Source: Tortispora ganteri
Taxonomy: Eukaryota
Direction: 5' to 3'
DNA: 64,000 nucleotides
Assembly (NCBI GenBank): GCA_003707115.1
Contig: PPNB01000007.1
Location: 1-64,000, forward strand
Numbering within the stretch: the stretch's first letter is position 1; each line of letters begins with the position of its first letter. The notes beneath the pieces were generated by a model. That model saw only the letters and a program-made list of their open reading frames with translations, did not search any database and had not been told where the DNA came from. Positions 63,124 to 64,000 of the stretch are shown here, piece by piece. Made by a program: the position numbers and the translations under genes.

Positions 63124-64000
63124 ATGGCCGATTCAGGTAACGTTAACTATGTCACTACCGGCTACGACACTGGAGATACCGGCTATCTAATTGTCGGATC
63201 TGCAATGGTGTTCATTATGGTACCTGGACTGGGTTTCCTATATTCCGGCCTTGCGCGCCGCAAATCCGCATTGTCGATGATCTGGGCCTGTTTCATGGGT
63301 GCTATAGTTGTTATCTTTCAATGGTACTTCTGGGGCTACTCGCTAGCATTCTCCAGCACAGCTACCAATGGTTATATTGGTAACCTAGATGGTTTTGGCC
63401 TAAAGAATGTCCTCGGTACCGCCGACTCTGCTTATCCGGAACTTGTATTTGCGCTCTTCCAAGGCATGTTTGCTTGCGTCACAATGGCAATCATTATGGG
63501 CGCTGTCGCCGAACGAGGCCGTTTGTTGCCCGCCTTAGTATTTTCTTTCATCTGGACAACTATCGTATACTGCCCGTTAGCATGCTGGGTCTGGAACTCG
63601 AACGGTTGGGCATACGATTGGGGTGTCCTCGACTACGCCGGTGGTGGTCCTGTCGAGATCGGTTCTGGTCTCGGCGCTCTGGGCTACTCGTTAGTTCTAG
63701 GTCGCAGAAAAGAGAAACTGCTCCTTAATTTTAGACCTCACAATGTGTCTCTTGTAACACTTGGTACTGCTCTGCTGTGGTTCGGCTGGCAGGCCTTTAA
63801 TGGTGCCAGTGCTTTGGGTGCTAACTTGCGCGCTGTCTACGCCGTATTCAATTCCAATATCTGTGCTGCACTTGGTGCTATTACATGGTGTTTGCTCGAT
63901 TTCCGTCTAGAAAAGAAATGGTCTACTGTCGCTATTTGCTCCGGAATTATTTCTGGTTTAGTCGCCGCTACCCCTGCTTCTGGTGTTATTACTTTGTACG
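63124..64000 (+). CDS. Ammonium permease, Mep1/Mep3 type; runs off the window
   Basis: Not in ORF track. From ATG 63124: MVPGLGFLYSGLARRKSAL, FQWYFWGYSLAFS, DYAGGGPVEIGSG (Glu variant), RPHNV, LWFGWQAFNG. Confidence 0.95.
   Translation, partial: MADSGNVNYVTTGYDTGDTGYLIVGSAMVFIMVPGLGFLYSGLARRKSALSMIWACFMGAIVVIFQWYFWGYSLAFSSTATNGYIGNLDGFGLKNVLGTADSAYPELVFALFQGMFACVTMAIIMGAVAERGRLLPALVFSFIWTTIVYCPLACWVWNSNGWAYDWGVLDYAGGGPVEIGSGLGALGYSLVLGRRKEKLLLNFRPHNVSLVTLGTALLWFGWQAFNGASALGANLRAVYAVFNSNICAALGAITWCLLDFRLEKKWSTVAICSGIISGLVAATPASGVITLY

Noticed and set aside
1..64000. CRISPR arrays, prokaryotic defence systems, transposons, tRNA/rRNA genes
   Set aside because: Eukaryotic housekeeping context; no repeat-spacer array, transposase or RT ORF, LTR or cloverleaf seen by eye. 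tRNAscan-SE and Infernal would be needed to exclude RNA genes.

Overview
Compact budding-yeast (Saccharomycotina) chromosomal DNA. Short GTAAGT/GTATGT...CTAAC...AG introns, very tight gene spacing and ABCA, ELYS-like and Ams2-like genes suggest an early-diverging lineage such as Wickerhamiella/Starmerella (inference only). About 34 protein-coding genes, mostly housekeeping: SFB3 (runs off left edge), a small myristoylation-motif ORF, ELYS-like, MAM33, MED1, YIL108W-like metallopeptidase, TAF6, OXA1, MIM1, D-amino-acid oxidase, CWC2, GCN2, Cut12/Bbp1-like, PLP1, CDC34, a 2OG-Fe(II) oxygenase, PPT1, POP8, NHP6, ATG11, PBY1, KIN4, CIR2, GAL1, an orphan F-box-like gene, MRPL28, COG7-like, NST1, RHO2, an NPL3-like SR protein, RFA3, Ams2/Spt21-like, a tandem adhesin-like gene, an ABCA transporter, a degenerate SDR and an MEP permease (runs off right edge). 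I rebuilt four spliced genes that the ORF track fragments (OXA1, ATG11, PBY1, RHO2). Best leads: co-directional genes 1-100 bp apart (possible polycistronic expression, including a TGA-G-ATG junction); a stop-containing intron exactly at the SurE/TTL boundary of PBY1; a 6-nt microexon in RHO2; a long NHP6 5'-UTR intron; a two-domain adhesin-like protein with a 73-Ser linker and no anchor; and an ABCA transporter abutting a likely pseudo-enzyme. I saw no tRNA, rRNA, transposon or CRISPR. Family calls are from remembered motifs, not database searches.
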